This document shows positions 8,938 through 17,302 of a DNA stretch of 64,000 bases, one piece after another. The translations under genes and the position numbers were made by a program. A model generated the notes under the pieces. That model did not search any database and had not been told where the DNA came from. It was given only the letters and a program-made list of their open reading frames with translations. Numbering within the stretch: position 1 is the first letter of the stretch; each line of letters starts with the position of its first letter. Source of the DNA: Clostridia bacterium (GTDB taxonomy: Bacteria > Bacillota > Clostridia > TANB77 > CAG-508). The DNA is taken from contig JAFWNC010000007.1 of NCBI GenBank assembly GCA_017510525.1, forward strand, positions 25,858 through 89,857. Direction: 5' to 3'.

Positions 8938-9844
8938 TATTTTGAGTTATCACATTGGTGAAGGAATAAAAAATGTTTTTAAAAACAAAAAGTCAACTGT
9001 TGCTTCTATTGGTATTATGGTTGCTACAATGTTTATGTTTGGTATATTTTTCTTAATAGGAGAGAATATTAATAACATAATGAATACTATTGAAGAAGAC
9101 CAAGGTATTCAGGTTTTTATTATAAATGAAGCTACTGAAGACGAAGTTGAAGATGTTAGATATTTAATTAGCACAATTGATGGTGTTGCAGAAGCTAAAA
9201 TATTTACTAAACAGCAAGCTCTTGATCAAATGAAAGACAGACTTAAGGATAATAAAGATTTATTAAAGGGTTATGAAGGCGATAATAATATTTTTGCTGA
9301 TTCAGTTGTTGTTAAATTAGACAATCTTGAAAAAAGTGCTGAAGTTCAAGAACAAATTAATAAAATAGAAATAAATGGTCAAAAATACATAAAGAAGATT
9401 ACAAGTAGTGATGATACTATTAACGCTCTTATTAGAATTGCTAATGGTATTAGATTGGTTACTGGTATTATATTAGTTTTATTAATTGCGATATCTGTAT
9501 TTATTATTTCAAATACAATAAAACTTACTGTTCATGCTAGAAGAAAAGAAATTTCAATTATGAAATATGTTGGTGCTACTAATTCATTTATACGTTCACC
9601 TTTTATAGTTGAGGGTGTTATTATAGGAATTATTTCTGGATTAATTACAATGCTTATAATTGCTGGTGGCTATCATTTAGTTTCTATAAAAGTAATAAAG
9701 ATGTTTGCTAATTTGAACTTAGGTGTTACTTTATTACAATTTAATGATATGGCATTATTAATTTCAATTGTATATTTGATTTTAGGAATTGGTATTGGTG
9801 TTGTAGGAAGTGTTATATCTATGAGAAAATACCTAGAAGTTTAA
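8918..9844 (+). CDS. ftsX: cell-division permease-like protein FtsX
   Basis: Overlaps the ftsE stop. One N-terminal TM, an extracellular domain and three C-terminal TMs. Start uncertain (GTG 8918 or ATG 8924). Confidence 0.85.
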   Translation: MVMVRYNILSYHIGEGIKNVFKNKKSTVASIGIMVATMFMFGIFFLIGENINNIMNTIEEDQGIQVFIINEATEDEVEDVRYLISTIDGVAEAKIFTKQQALDQMKDRLKDNKDLLKGYEGDNNIFADSVVVKLDNLEKSAEVQEQINKIEINGQKYIKKITSSDDTINALIRIANGIRLVTGIILVLLIAISVFIISNTIKLTVHARRKEISIMKYVGATNSFIRSPFIVEGVIIGIISGLITMLIIAGGYHLVSIKVIKMFANLNLGVTLLQFNDMALLISIVYLILGIGIGVVGSVISMRKYLEV

Positions 9845-9860
9845 GGGAGAAGGGAGATAA

Positions 9861-11018
9861 ATGAAAAAGAGTATTGTTGTTGTATTTTGTACACTCTTAA
9901 TTTTATTTTGTTTATCTTGCTATTCATATTCTGAAAATTTAAGAAAAGAGCAACAACAGATACAAACTCAGATTGATGCTTCAAATATTGAATTAGAATT
10001 AGTCAAAGAGGATCTTTCTAATTTGGTTTATGAAATATCTGATTTAAATGATAAAATTGTATCTGAAGAAATTGAAATAGAAAATTTGAAAACACAAGAG
10101 GCGAGCTTAACTGAAAAAATAAAAGTTACTGAAGAGGAATTAGAAAAAGCAACTGAAAAATATAATAATCAAGAAGAAATGTTAGAGGCAAGATTGGTTG
10201 CTATGTATGAAGCTGGAGAAACGCATTATTTAGATATATTGCTAACTTCAAGATCTATCACTGAACTTATATCTAATTATTACATGATTTCTGAGATAGT
10301 TGAGTCTGATACAGAGCTACTTGAAACTATTAGAGATAAAAAAGAAGAGTTAGAAATTGGAAAGCTTGAATTAGAAAAAGCTAAGAAGGAATTAAGTAAT
10401 GCAAGAGAAAATGCTGAAAAAAAGGCTATTTCTCTTGAAAATATGCGTGTTATAAAAAATAGCTATATTAATCAATTAACTAATGAAGAAAAAGAAATTC
10501 AAGAAAAAATTGCAGAATATCAAAGTGCTATAAAAAGAGTTGAAGCTGAAATAGTACAAGCTGCTGAGCTTAATATTGGTATAGATTATGTTGGTGGTGA
10601 AATGGCTTGGCCTGTTCCAGGTTATACTAGAATTACTTCTCAATATGGAATGAGAACTCACCCAATTACAGGTGTTTATAAACTTCATACAGGAGTTGAT
10701 ATTTCTGCTCCTATTGGTGCAAATTTTGTTGCAGCAAATGATGGCGTTGTTGTTAAAGCAGAGTTTAATTCTGCTTATGGTAATATGGTTATGATAAATC
10801 ATGGTGGAGGTGTTTCTACTTTATATGCTCATGGTTCAGAGATACTTGTACAAGTTGGGCAAGAGGTAAAAAGAGGAGATGCTGTTTTAAAAGTTGGATC
10901 AACTGGATATTCAACTGGTCCACATGCACACTTTGAGGTTAGAGTAAATGGCCAGTATCAAAATCCAATGCCATTTATAACAAAACAAGAGGATACTTCA
11001 GGAGAAGAAAATCAATAA
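9861..11018 (+). CDS. coiled-coil M23 (LytM) peptidase, EnvC/PcsB-like FtsEX partner candidate
   Basis: Signal/TM segment, a long coiled coil, and C-terminal HTGVDI ... GPHAHFEVR M23 motifs. Confidence 0.85.
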   Translation: MKKSIVVVFCTLLILFCLSCYSYSENLRKEQQQIQTQIDASNIELELVKEDLSNLVYEISDLNDKIVSEEIEIENLKTQEASLTEKIKVTEEELEKATEKYNNQEEMLEARLVAMYEAGETHYLDILLTSRSITELISNYYMISEIVESDTELLETIRDKKEELEIGKLELEKAKKELSNARENAEKKAISLENMRVIKNSYINQLTNEEKEIQEKIAEYQSAIKRVEAEIVQAAELNIGIDYVGGEMAWPVPGYTRITSQYGMRTHPITGVYKLHTGVDISAPIGANFVAANDGVVVKAEFNSAYGNMVMINHGGGVSTLYAHGSEILVQVGQEVKRGDAVLKVGSTGYSTGPHAHFEVRVNGQYQNPMPFITKQEDTSGEENQ

Positions 11019-11042
11019 AAACGAAAGATTTTGGAGGTAAAC

Positions 11043-12266
11043 ATGAAAAAGATAAGTTCTAAAATACTTAGTGCGTTCATAATTATTAGTATACTGACTG
11101 TTGCGTATAATCATTTAATATCATGGGCTGCGCAATCAAAGACAGAATTAAATAATAGCTTAAATAATACTAATCAAAAGATTAAAGATACAAAAAATGA
11201 AATTACTGAGGTTGAACAAGAAATGTCAGCAGCAATGAAGGAAGTTCAAGAATTAGTTGCTCAGATATCTGAATATGAAACTGAAATAACAGAACTAAAT
11301 AGCCAGATCGAAGAAACTGAAAAAAATATTGCTGATACTGAGGAAAAAATTGCAAAAGCTGAAAAAGATCTAAAAGAAAAAGAAGATCTATTAGCTAAGA
11401 GGTTAGTTGCTTTATATGAATCAGGATCTACTACATATATTGATGTATTGTTAAGTTCACAGGGAATTACTGATTTTATCTCAAATTATTATTTGATTGA
11501 AGAATTAGCTAATTATGATACTGAACTTATCGAAGGAATAAAAAAGACAAAAAAAGAGATTGAAGATAAAAAAGTTGAATTAGAAGAGAGTAAGAAGGAA
11601 TTAGAGAGTTCTAAAGAAACGGTTGAGGCTAAACAAAATGCTTTAAAAGTTGTAAAGGCTGATAAAGATTCAAAGGTTGCAAATTTATCTGCTGAGGAGA
11701 AATCATTAGAAGCTTCTCTTACTGAAATGGAAAATGATAAGAAAGATATATATAATAAGCTAAGAGCAATTGAAGCAGAAGAGGCTGCTAGAAGACAAGC
11801 AGCATCATCTGGAGCTAGTTTTGGTGGGGGAACAACTATTATTTCTTCAAATCCAAGTGCTTCAGGTTACATATTCCCAGTAGCAGGACTTTCAACAGCT
11901 AATATAGCTAATCATAATTATCCATCATATTCAGGACATACTGGTGTTGATGTTAATATAAATGTTGTTGGTAGAAGTGTTGTTGCTGTAAAAGCTGGAA
12001 CAGTTGTTACTTCAACAGCTTTAAGATATTCAAATGGAAATTATAGAAGTTATGGTGAATATATTATTATTAATCATCATGATGGAACTATGACTTTATA
12101 TGCACACATGTTAGCAGGTTCTAGAACGGTTTCAGAAGGTCAAAGTGTTTCACAAGGACAGGTTATTGGAACTGTTGGTTCAACCGGAAATTCAAGCGGT
12201 CCACATCTTCATTTTGAGGTTCGTGTAGGCGGAAGTCCGGTAAATCCATTCCCTTATTTACCATAA
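11043..12266 (+). CDS. second coiled-coil M23 peptidase
   Basis: ATG at 11043 preferred over track TTG 11031 (RBS ggaggt at 11033-11038). GHTGVDV ... GPHLHFEVR motifs. Confidence 0.85.
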   Translation: MKKISSKILSAFIIISILTVAYNHLISWAAQSKTELNNSLNNTNQKIKDTKNEITEVEQEMSAAMKEVQELVAQISEYETEITELNSQIEETEKNIADTEEKIAKAEKDLKEKEDLLAKRLVALYESGSTTYIDVLLSSQGITDFISNYYLIEELANYDTELIEGIKKTKKEIEDKKVELEESKKELESSKETVEAKQNALKVVKADKDSKVANLSAEEKSLEASLTEMENDKKDIYNKLRAIEAEEAARRQAASSGASFGGGTTIISSNPSASGYIFPVAGLSTANIANHNYPSYSGHTGVDVNINVVGRSVVAVKAGTVVTSTALRYSNGNYRSYGEYIIINHHDGTMTLYAHMLAGSRTVSEGQSVSQGQVIGTVGSTGNSSGPHLHFEVRVGGSPVNPFPYLP

Positions 12267-12306
12267 TGATTTGATTATGATAAATTATTTTTAAGGAAAT
12301 TTATAA

Positions 12307-12326
12307 GTGCGGGGCTAGTCCCCGCC
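12307..12326 (+). repeat. REP-like GC hairpin (GTGCGGGGCTAGTCCCCGCC)
   Basis: GCGGGG-CTAG-TCCCCGC stem-loop with a GTG head, directly after the M23 gene. Confidence 0.5.
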
Positions 12327-12372
12327 TGATTAATGTGTTTGAATTACTTTTTATAAGAGGAGGAAATGAATT

Positions 12373-13614
12373 TTGAAAGCAAATAATAAGGCAGTAATAA
12401 TTTGTACAATTTGTATAACTGCTCTAATTACTTTTTCAGGTACTATATTTGGATATTATCATTATTTAGAAGCTAAAAATGTAATAATCGATAAATATGA
12501 AAGCAATGGAGATATTGCTTCTGATTTAGATGTTGTTAGAACAGTTTTATCTAAATATTATAAAGGTGATATTGAAGATGATAAGTTAAAAGAAGCAGCA
12601 ATAAAGGGCTATGTTGATGGTTTAGGTGATGAATATACAACATATATGACTGAAACTGAACTTGATAGCTTAGAAACAAGTTTATCTGATTATTCAGGTA
12701 TAGGTTGTTATGTTGGAAAATTAAAAACTACAGATGAAACTATTATAATAGGTTTTGTTAAAGAAAATTCTCCTGCTGAAAGAGCTGGAATAAAAGAAGG
12801 AGATATTATCGTTAAGATTGATGGTGAAGATGTTGATGGAATGAAACTAGAAAAAGTTACTTCTAAAATGAAAGGGACTGAGGGAACTAATGTTAATGTA
12901 ACTATCAAAAGAGATGGAAATGTAATTGAAATTCCTATTGTTAGAGAGAGAATAAAATTATATGAGATTAGTCATAAAGTTATAAATAGTAATAATAGTG
13001 GTGTTAGTGGTTCAGATACTAGTAGCAAAGATGATGAAAACATTCTTAATGGCGATATAGGTTATATTGATTTTGATTCTTTTACAGAAGGAAGTTACGA
13101 TGAATTTAAAGCAGCATATGAAGATATAGAAAAGAAAGGTGCTAAAAAATTAATTATAGATTTAAGAAATAATACTGGGGGTTATGTTACATCTGCGTTA
13201 AAAATCGCTGATTTGATAATTCCTGAAGGGGAAACTTTACTTGTAACTGAAGATAAGGATGGAAAAAGACAAGAAACAAAAGCTGAGAAAAGTCCTGAAA
13301 TTGATATACCTATAGTTGTTATAGTTAATAATAATTCTGCTAGTGCTTCTGAAATTTTAACAGCCATTCTTAAAGATTATGGAAAAGCTACAGTTATTGG
13401 AAAAACAACATATGGTAAAGGTGTAATTCAAACAATAATACCAAATATTTTAGGTGGTGCTTTGAAAGTAACATCATATGAATATTATACCCCTAAAGGT
13501 AATAAAATTAATAAAATTGGTATAAAGCCTGATGTAGAGGTAGAAGATAATAAGTCTACTCCTGAAGATGAAGCAATTTTAAAAGCTATTGAGGTTTTGA
13601 AAGAAAACCAATAA
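12373..13614 (+). CDS. ctpA: S41 carboxy-terminal processing protease
   Basis: TTG start with RBS gaggagg upstream. PDZ domain (GIKEGDIIVKIDGEDV) and S41 core (NNNSASASEIL, GKTTYGKG). Confidence 0.85.
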   Translation: MKANNKAVIICTICITALITFSGTIFGYYHYLEAKNVIIDKYESNGDIASDLDVVRTVLSKYYKGDIEDDKLKEAAIKGYVDGLGDEYTTYMTETELDSLETSLSDYSGIGCYVGKLKTTDETIIIGFVKENSPAERAGIKEGDIIVKIDGEDVDGMKLEKVTSKMKGTEGTNVNVTIKRDGNVIEIPIVRERIKLYEISHKVINSNNSGVSGSDTSSKDDENILNGDIGYIDFDSFTEGSYDEFKAAYEDIEKKGAKKLIIDLRNNTGGYVTSALKIADLIIPEGETLLVTEDKDGKRQETKAEKSPEIDIPIVVIVNNNSASASEILTAILKDYGKATVIGKTTYGKGVIQTIIPNILGGALKVTSYEYYTPKGNKINKIGIKPDVEVEDNKSTPEDEAILKAIEVLKENQ

Positions 13615-13643
13615 AATATATTATTTTACAAAAATGGAAAAAA

Positions 13644-13671
13644 TGTTACAAAATGTAACAAAAATGTAACA
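13644..13671. promoter_or_regulatory. TGTTACA / TGTAACA repeat triplet, operator-like
   Basis: TGTTACA-AAA-TGTAACA palindrome plus a third TGTAACA 4 nt further on, about 80 nt upstream of the next ORF. Confidence 0.25.
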
Positions 13672-13750
13672 TAAAAGAAATACAAACGTAATTGCAGTTT
13701 CCGTAGGAAAAAAGTATAATGTTAATAGTATAAGATGTACAAAGGAGGTA

Positions 13751-14692
13751 ATGTTTACAATGTCATTTTTATTCAATATGTTTAGTAAATCAGGCATAGT
13801 AAACGTGAGGATGGTAATCACGGAAGAAAAGATTTTATCAAATATAGAAAAAATTCAAAAGATGATTAATCCTAACAGTAAAAAACAAATAGTTCAATTA
13901 GAAGAAGATTCATATTTTAGAGATTTAGTAGATTCAGTTAAAACTTATTTAGTTGAATATCCTAAGAAAAAGAATTTTCCTGTAAGTGTTTATAGAGCTG
14001 CTTATGATTTAGTTGAATTTGCAACAAATCAATTTGAGGATAATACTAGAAAAATTGAAGAGTTGATAATTCAAAGAGAAAATAATATTGGTCTTGCTTT
14101 TGAATTAAAAGATATATTAAAGAAAACTGAAGAAAATGCTGATGGATGGCAAGATGTTGTTGATAGTTCAAAAGATAAGTTTTCTGAAGATATTATAGAT
14201 GCTTTAAATATAATTGGAAATGGAACTGAAGATAAAGCTGAAAAAGATGCAGCTGTTAAATTGGTTCAAGCTAGAATTAAAAACTTAGAGTCTAATTTCC
14301 ATATTGAAATTGATATGGAAAGAATTGAAGATAAATCTAAAGCATTAAGTTTCATAGGAATAGAAATTGCTGAGTCATTAAAATATATTCCTGCTCCAGT
14401 AGAACAATATTCACAGGTAGAAAAAACTGTTCCTGTTCAAGCAACTGCTTCTGCTCCTAAGACTGAAACTGTTATAAAAAATGAGGTTCAGAAAGTGCAA
14501 AATGTTCAACCTGTTCAAGAGCCTATTGTTGATGAATCATATTTACAACAAACTACTTTTGAAGTTAAGCCTTCATTATGGCAAAAAATTAAGAATTCTA
14601 AATTAATTAGAACTATTAGATATATAATGAAGATAAGAGTTGTTTTAGATATGCCTTTATTACCTGAAGGAAGAGGAGAAAATAATTTTTAA
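13751..14692 (+). CDS. hypothetical protein
   Basis: 313-aa ORF. RBS aggagg at 13743-13748 fits ATG 13760 better than 13751. No family recognised. Confidence 0.6.
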   Translation: MFTMSFLFNMFSKSGIVNVRMVITEEKILSNIEKIQKMINPNSKKQIVQLEEDSYFRDLVDSVKTYLVEYPKKKNFPVSVYRAAYDLVEFATNQFEDNTRKIEELIIQRENNIGLAFELKDILKKTEENADGWQDVVDSSKDKFSEDIIDALNIIGNGTEDKAEKDAAVKLVQARIKNLESNFHIEIDMERIEDKSKALSFIGIEIAESLKYIPAPVEQYSQVEKTVPVQATASAPKTETVIKNEVQKVQNVQPVQEPIVDESYLQQTTFEVKPSLWQKIKNSKLIRTIRYIMKIRVVLDMPLLPEGRGENNF

Positions 14693-14705
14693 TATTTTGA
14701 TTTTT

Positions 14706-14731
14706 AAAGACGACTTAGGTCGTCTTTTTTG
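14706..14731 (+). terminator. rho-independent terminator
   Basis: AAAGACGAC-TTAG-GTCGTCTTT followed by a T-run. Confidence 0.8.
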
Positions 14732-14825
14732 TTATTTACAATATTTTTTTAATTTAAAAATTGCAAAGGTTGTGGGGGCACTTTTTATGTTTATAAAAAA
14801 CTTTATATAAATAATAAAAAAACTA

Positions 14826-14854
14826 TTGACATATTTAAATCATTCAAGTATAAT
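14826..14854 (+). promoter_or_regulatory. consensus sigma-A promoter for the tRNA pair
   Basis: TTGACA (14826-14831), 17-nt spacer, TATAAT (14849-14854). Lies 20 nt upstream of the tRNA. Confidence 0.7.
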
Positions 14855-14874
14855 TAATCATGCGTTGAGAAAAC

Positions 14875-14951
14875 GCTCCCTTAGCTCAGTTGGTCAGAGC
14901 AACCGGCTCATAACCGGTGGGTCCAAGGTTCGAATCCTTGAGGGAGCACCA
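14875..14951 (+). tRNA. tRNA with CAU anticodon (elongator Met or lysidine-modified Ile2)
   Basis: Acceptor GCTCCCT/AGGGAGC, anticodon arm ACCGG-CTCATAA-CCGGT, T-arm GGTTCGAATCC, encoded CCA. Anticodon stem lacks the three G-C pairs of an initiator. Confidence 0.85.
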
Positions 14952-14971
14952 CTAATAAAATTTTAATATAT

Positions 14972-15275
14972 GGGTAGGTGGTCGAGTGGTTAAAGGCACC
15001 AGACTGTGGTCTTTGGTTTTATGACCTAAACTTGCAGCTCATATAAGTGATTATATGATGAACACCTTGCTAATTCGGGGAACCCTTAACAGTTAGGCTG
15101 ATGGCAATCCCGAGCTAGAAAAGAAATTTTCGAGTGTAGAGACTTTATACAAGGTATCTTGAGAAAGATAAAGAGAAAGTCCAGACTACAAACAAGAAAT
15201 TGGTAGCGAAAGCTATAGTAGTAAGAAATCTGGCCGCGAAAGCGTACGATGGTTCGAATCCATCCCTGCCCACCA
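14972..15275 (+). tRNA. tRNA-Tyr(GUA) gene interrupted by a ~218-nt group I intron in the anticodon loop
   Basis: 5' exon is GGGTAGG-TG-GTC..GGC-A-CCAGA-CTGT. 3' exon is AAA-TCTGG, long variable arm CCGCGAAAGCGTAC, T-arm GATGG-TTCGAAT-CCATC, then CCTGCCC-A-CCA. Joined exons give loop CTGTAAA. Confidence 0.8.
15008..15225 (+). mobile_element. group I (IC3-like) self-splicing intron
   Basis: Follows exon U (CTGT|) and ends in G (GTAAG|AAATCTGG). Core strings AATTCGGGGAACCCTTAA, GATGGCAATCCCGAGCTAG, GTGTAGAGACT and GCTATAG closely resemble, from memory, the Azoarcus/Anabaena tRNA intron core. Confidence 0.7.
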
Positions 15276-15276
15276 T

Positions 15277-15307
15277 AAAATACAAGTGTAACTTGTATTT
15301 TATTTTT
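15277..15307 (+). terminator. rho-independent terminator after tRNA-Tyr
   Basis: AAAATACAAGT-GTA-ACTTGTATTTT followed by T-rich sequence. Confidence 0.7.
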
Positions 15308-15344
15308 ATACGTAAAACGAACAAAAGTTCTAAAAGGAGGGAAA

Positions 15345-15728
15345 ATGATATTTTCAACAAATAAAGAAAAAGGAAATACTTCATTAGGTGTTGCAATTGC
15401 TTATTATTCTTCGAACGGGTATACAGTTTCAATTCCATTAAATGATACACAAGATTATGATTTGATAGTTGATAAAGATAATAAACTTAAGAGAATTCAA
15501 GTAAAGGGTTCAAGTTTTAAAGATAAACGTGGAAAGTATCAGGTTGCTTTAAAGAGTTGTGGAGGAACAAAGGGAAAAACTTATAAAACAGTAAAGGATA
15601 CAGATATAGAAGAACTTTTTATTTTATTAGATAGTATGGAAATATATATAATACCTAAAGAAATAATCAATAATAATTCTACAATTAATATATGTGAAAA
15701 ATATAGTAAATATAAAGTGACATTGTAA
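15345..15728 (+). CDS. PD-(D/E)XK-type endonuclease-like protein (group I intron-associated endonuclease family-like)
   Basis: 127 aa with strong RBS aaggaggg. Pattern GNTSLGVAIAYYSSNGYTVSIP..DYDLIVDKDNKLKRIQVKG matches the small PD-(D/E)XK family that, as I recall, includes I-Ssp6803I. Confidence 0.55.
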   Translation: MIFSTNKEKGNTSLGVAIAYYSSNGYTVSIPLNDTQDYDLIVDKDNKLKRIQVKGSSFKDKRGKYQVALKSCGGTKGKTYKTVKDTDIEELFILLDSMEIYIIPKEIINNNSTINICEKYSKYKVTL

Positions 15729-15890
15729 TATTCTTTTTTTATATACTTGTAAGGTACTTTGTTTGAATTATGACAAGGACAAAAATCCTTGATATATGGC
15801 TTAAAGTATAGTATAATAATGTTATGTAAATTTTTACAAATATTTTAAGAAAGGTTGCGGATAGATTTATCTGCAAAAAGGTAATTTTTT

Positions 15891-16781
15891 ATGGGAACAT
15901 TAAAGCGGAATATCTTAGAGTACTTTTATGGCGAAAAAAAGGTTGATCTTGTATCAGCAATTGCGTCATATATTAAAGATATTGGTCCAAGTCAGGAAGC
16001 AACATTTTGGAAACTCTATTTAAAAAGTGCTCTTGATGAAAAGTATCATGACAGATTAAGAGGATTATTCAATTCCCTTCATGACTTTGTTAAGAAAAAT
16101 GTTGTCGACTATGGTTTTGAAATTGAAGCTAGAGGTAAATCGTTTAAGTCAACTCTTGAAAAGAAAATGAAAGTACAGAGCGAGAAGAAGTCGTTGGATA
16201 CGATTAAAGATTTTGTTGGATTTAGAATTGTAATCTATTCTGGCAAATCTGAAATTGAGCAGATTTATGATGCTCATCGTCTTGCAAAAATCTGTGTTGA
16301 TTTTTTCGAAGGTCAGGGGTATATTCCTTGTAAGGCTGACGATGTAAAAGAAACTGATGGCTTTGATAAAAACAAATGTAGTATCGATATTCCTGAAAAA
16401 GAAAAGGTAGAAGAGATATTAGGTGATTATTATGGTTTTTTTAAAAATTACAATTTAACACCTAAGGCAAATGGCTATCAGGCAATCCATGTTATTTTTA
16501 AAGATGATGAAGGTCGATATATCGAACTTCAGATCAGAACTTTAGAACAGGATGCACGTGCAGAAAATGATAGTTGCGAAGAAGAGAAATCAGTAAATGT
16601 AGATGTCGAAGACGAATATCTGGATGCTGGTCATGATGAATATAAGAAAAAATATAAAAAGATCTTTATTGATTATGATAGAGTAAATCTTATAGGATTC
16701 ATCAAAACCGGAAAAAAGATAAAAGACGTCGTTGGTTTCACAAAGGCATTATTGATCTACCATCGTACCAGAAAAAAATAA
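15891..16781 (+). CDS. RelA/SpoT-homologue nucleotidyltransferase (small alarmone synthetase / toxSAS-like)
   Basis: Synthetase motifs in order: RGKSFKSTLEKK, DFVGFRIVI, GYQAIHVIF, ELQIRTLEQ. 296 aa with extra N- and C-terminal regions. Visibly GC-richer codon usage than its neighbours. In-frame CGG at codon 6. Confidence 0.7.
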   Translation: MGTLKRNILEYFYGEKKVDLVSAIASYIKDIGPSQEATFWKLYLKSALDEKYHDRLRGLFNSLHDFVKKNVVDYGFEIEARGKSFKSTLEKKMKVQSEKKSLDTIKDFVGFRIVIYSGKSEIEQIYDAHRLAKICVDFFEGQGYIPCKADDVKETDGFDKNKCSIDIPEKEKVEEILGDYYGFFKNYNLTPKANGYQAIHVIFKDDEGRYIELQIRTLEQDARAENDSCEEEKSVNVDVEDEYLDAGHDEYKKKYKKIFIDYDRVNLIGFIKTGKKIKDVVGFTKALLIYHRTRKK

Positions 16782-16818
16782 TAACCTTAAGTATAATTGT
16801 ACTAAAGGTGAAAAAGTA

Positions 16819-16846
16819 AAAGGCAGAAACTTAGTTTCTGCCTTTT
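16819..16846. terminator. bidirectional terminator between convergent genes
   Basis: AAAGGCAGAAAC-TTA-GTTTCTGCCTTT with A-run and T-run flanks. Confidence 0.75.
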
Positions 16847-16925
16847 ATGTAATAGTTAGACTATTAATAAAAACCAGTTATAAATTTCTACCTTTTAAAA
16901 AAATTTAGTATTCTAGTTTATTTAA

Positions 16926-17129
16926 CTATCTACCAATCATTGAATTTTCAGCTTGTTGGATTAATTTCTTAACCATGTTTCCACCGATTCTTCCGGCATC
17001 TCTAGCTGATATATTTCCGTTATATCCGTTTTTTAAGTTAACTCCAACTTCGTTAGCTACTTCATATTTGAATTTTTCTAAAGATTCCATAGCTTCTGGA
17101 ACTAATTTTCTATTACTTGTGTTTGACAT
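16926..17129 (-). CDS. alpha/beta-type small acid-soluble spore protein
   Basis: 67 aa. Contains KFKYEVANEVGV and RDAGRIGGNMVKKLI, the hallmark SASP boxes. Confidence 0.9.
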   Translation of the reverse strand: MSNTSNRKLVPEAMESLEKFKYEVANEVGVNLKNGYNGNISARDAGRIGGNMVKKLIQQAENSMIGR

Positions 17130-17302
17130 TTTAACTTCACCTCCTGAAATTTTCTAAATATGAAAAAACTTTTCGTCTTTTCAATATATATCATGTGTAA
17201 AATAATAAAAAATAAACTGGAAATTTTTTCTGATAAAAAGTGATTGAAAAAAATAAATTAAATAGTATAATAAATAATAGAGTATTAATAAAGGAGAAGT
17301 TT

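Noticed and set aside
15145-15450. 101-aa minus-strand ORF in the track
   Set aside because: It lies antisense across the tRNA-Tyr 3' exon and intron. It has no RBS and is explained by the RNA gene.
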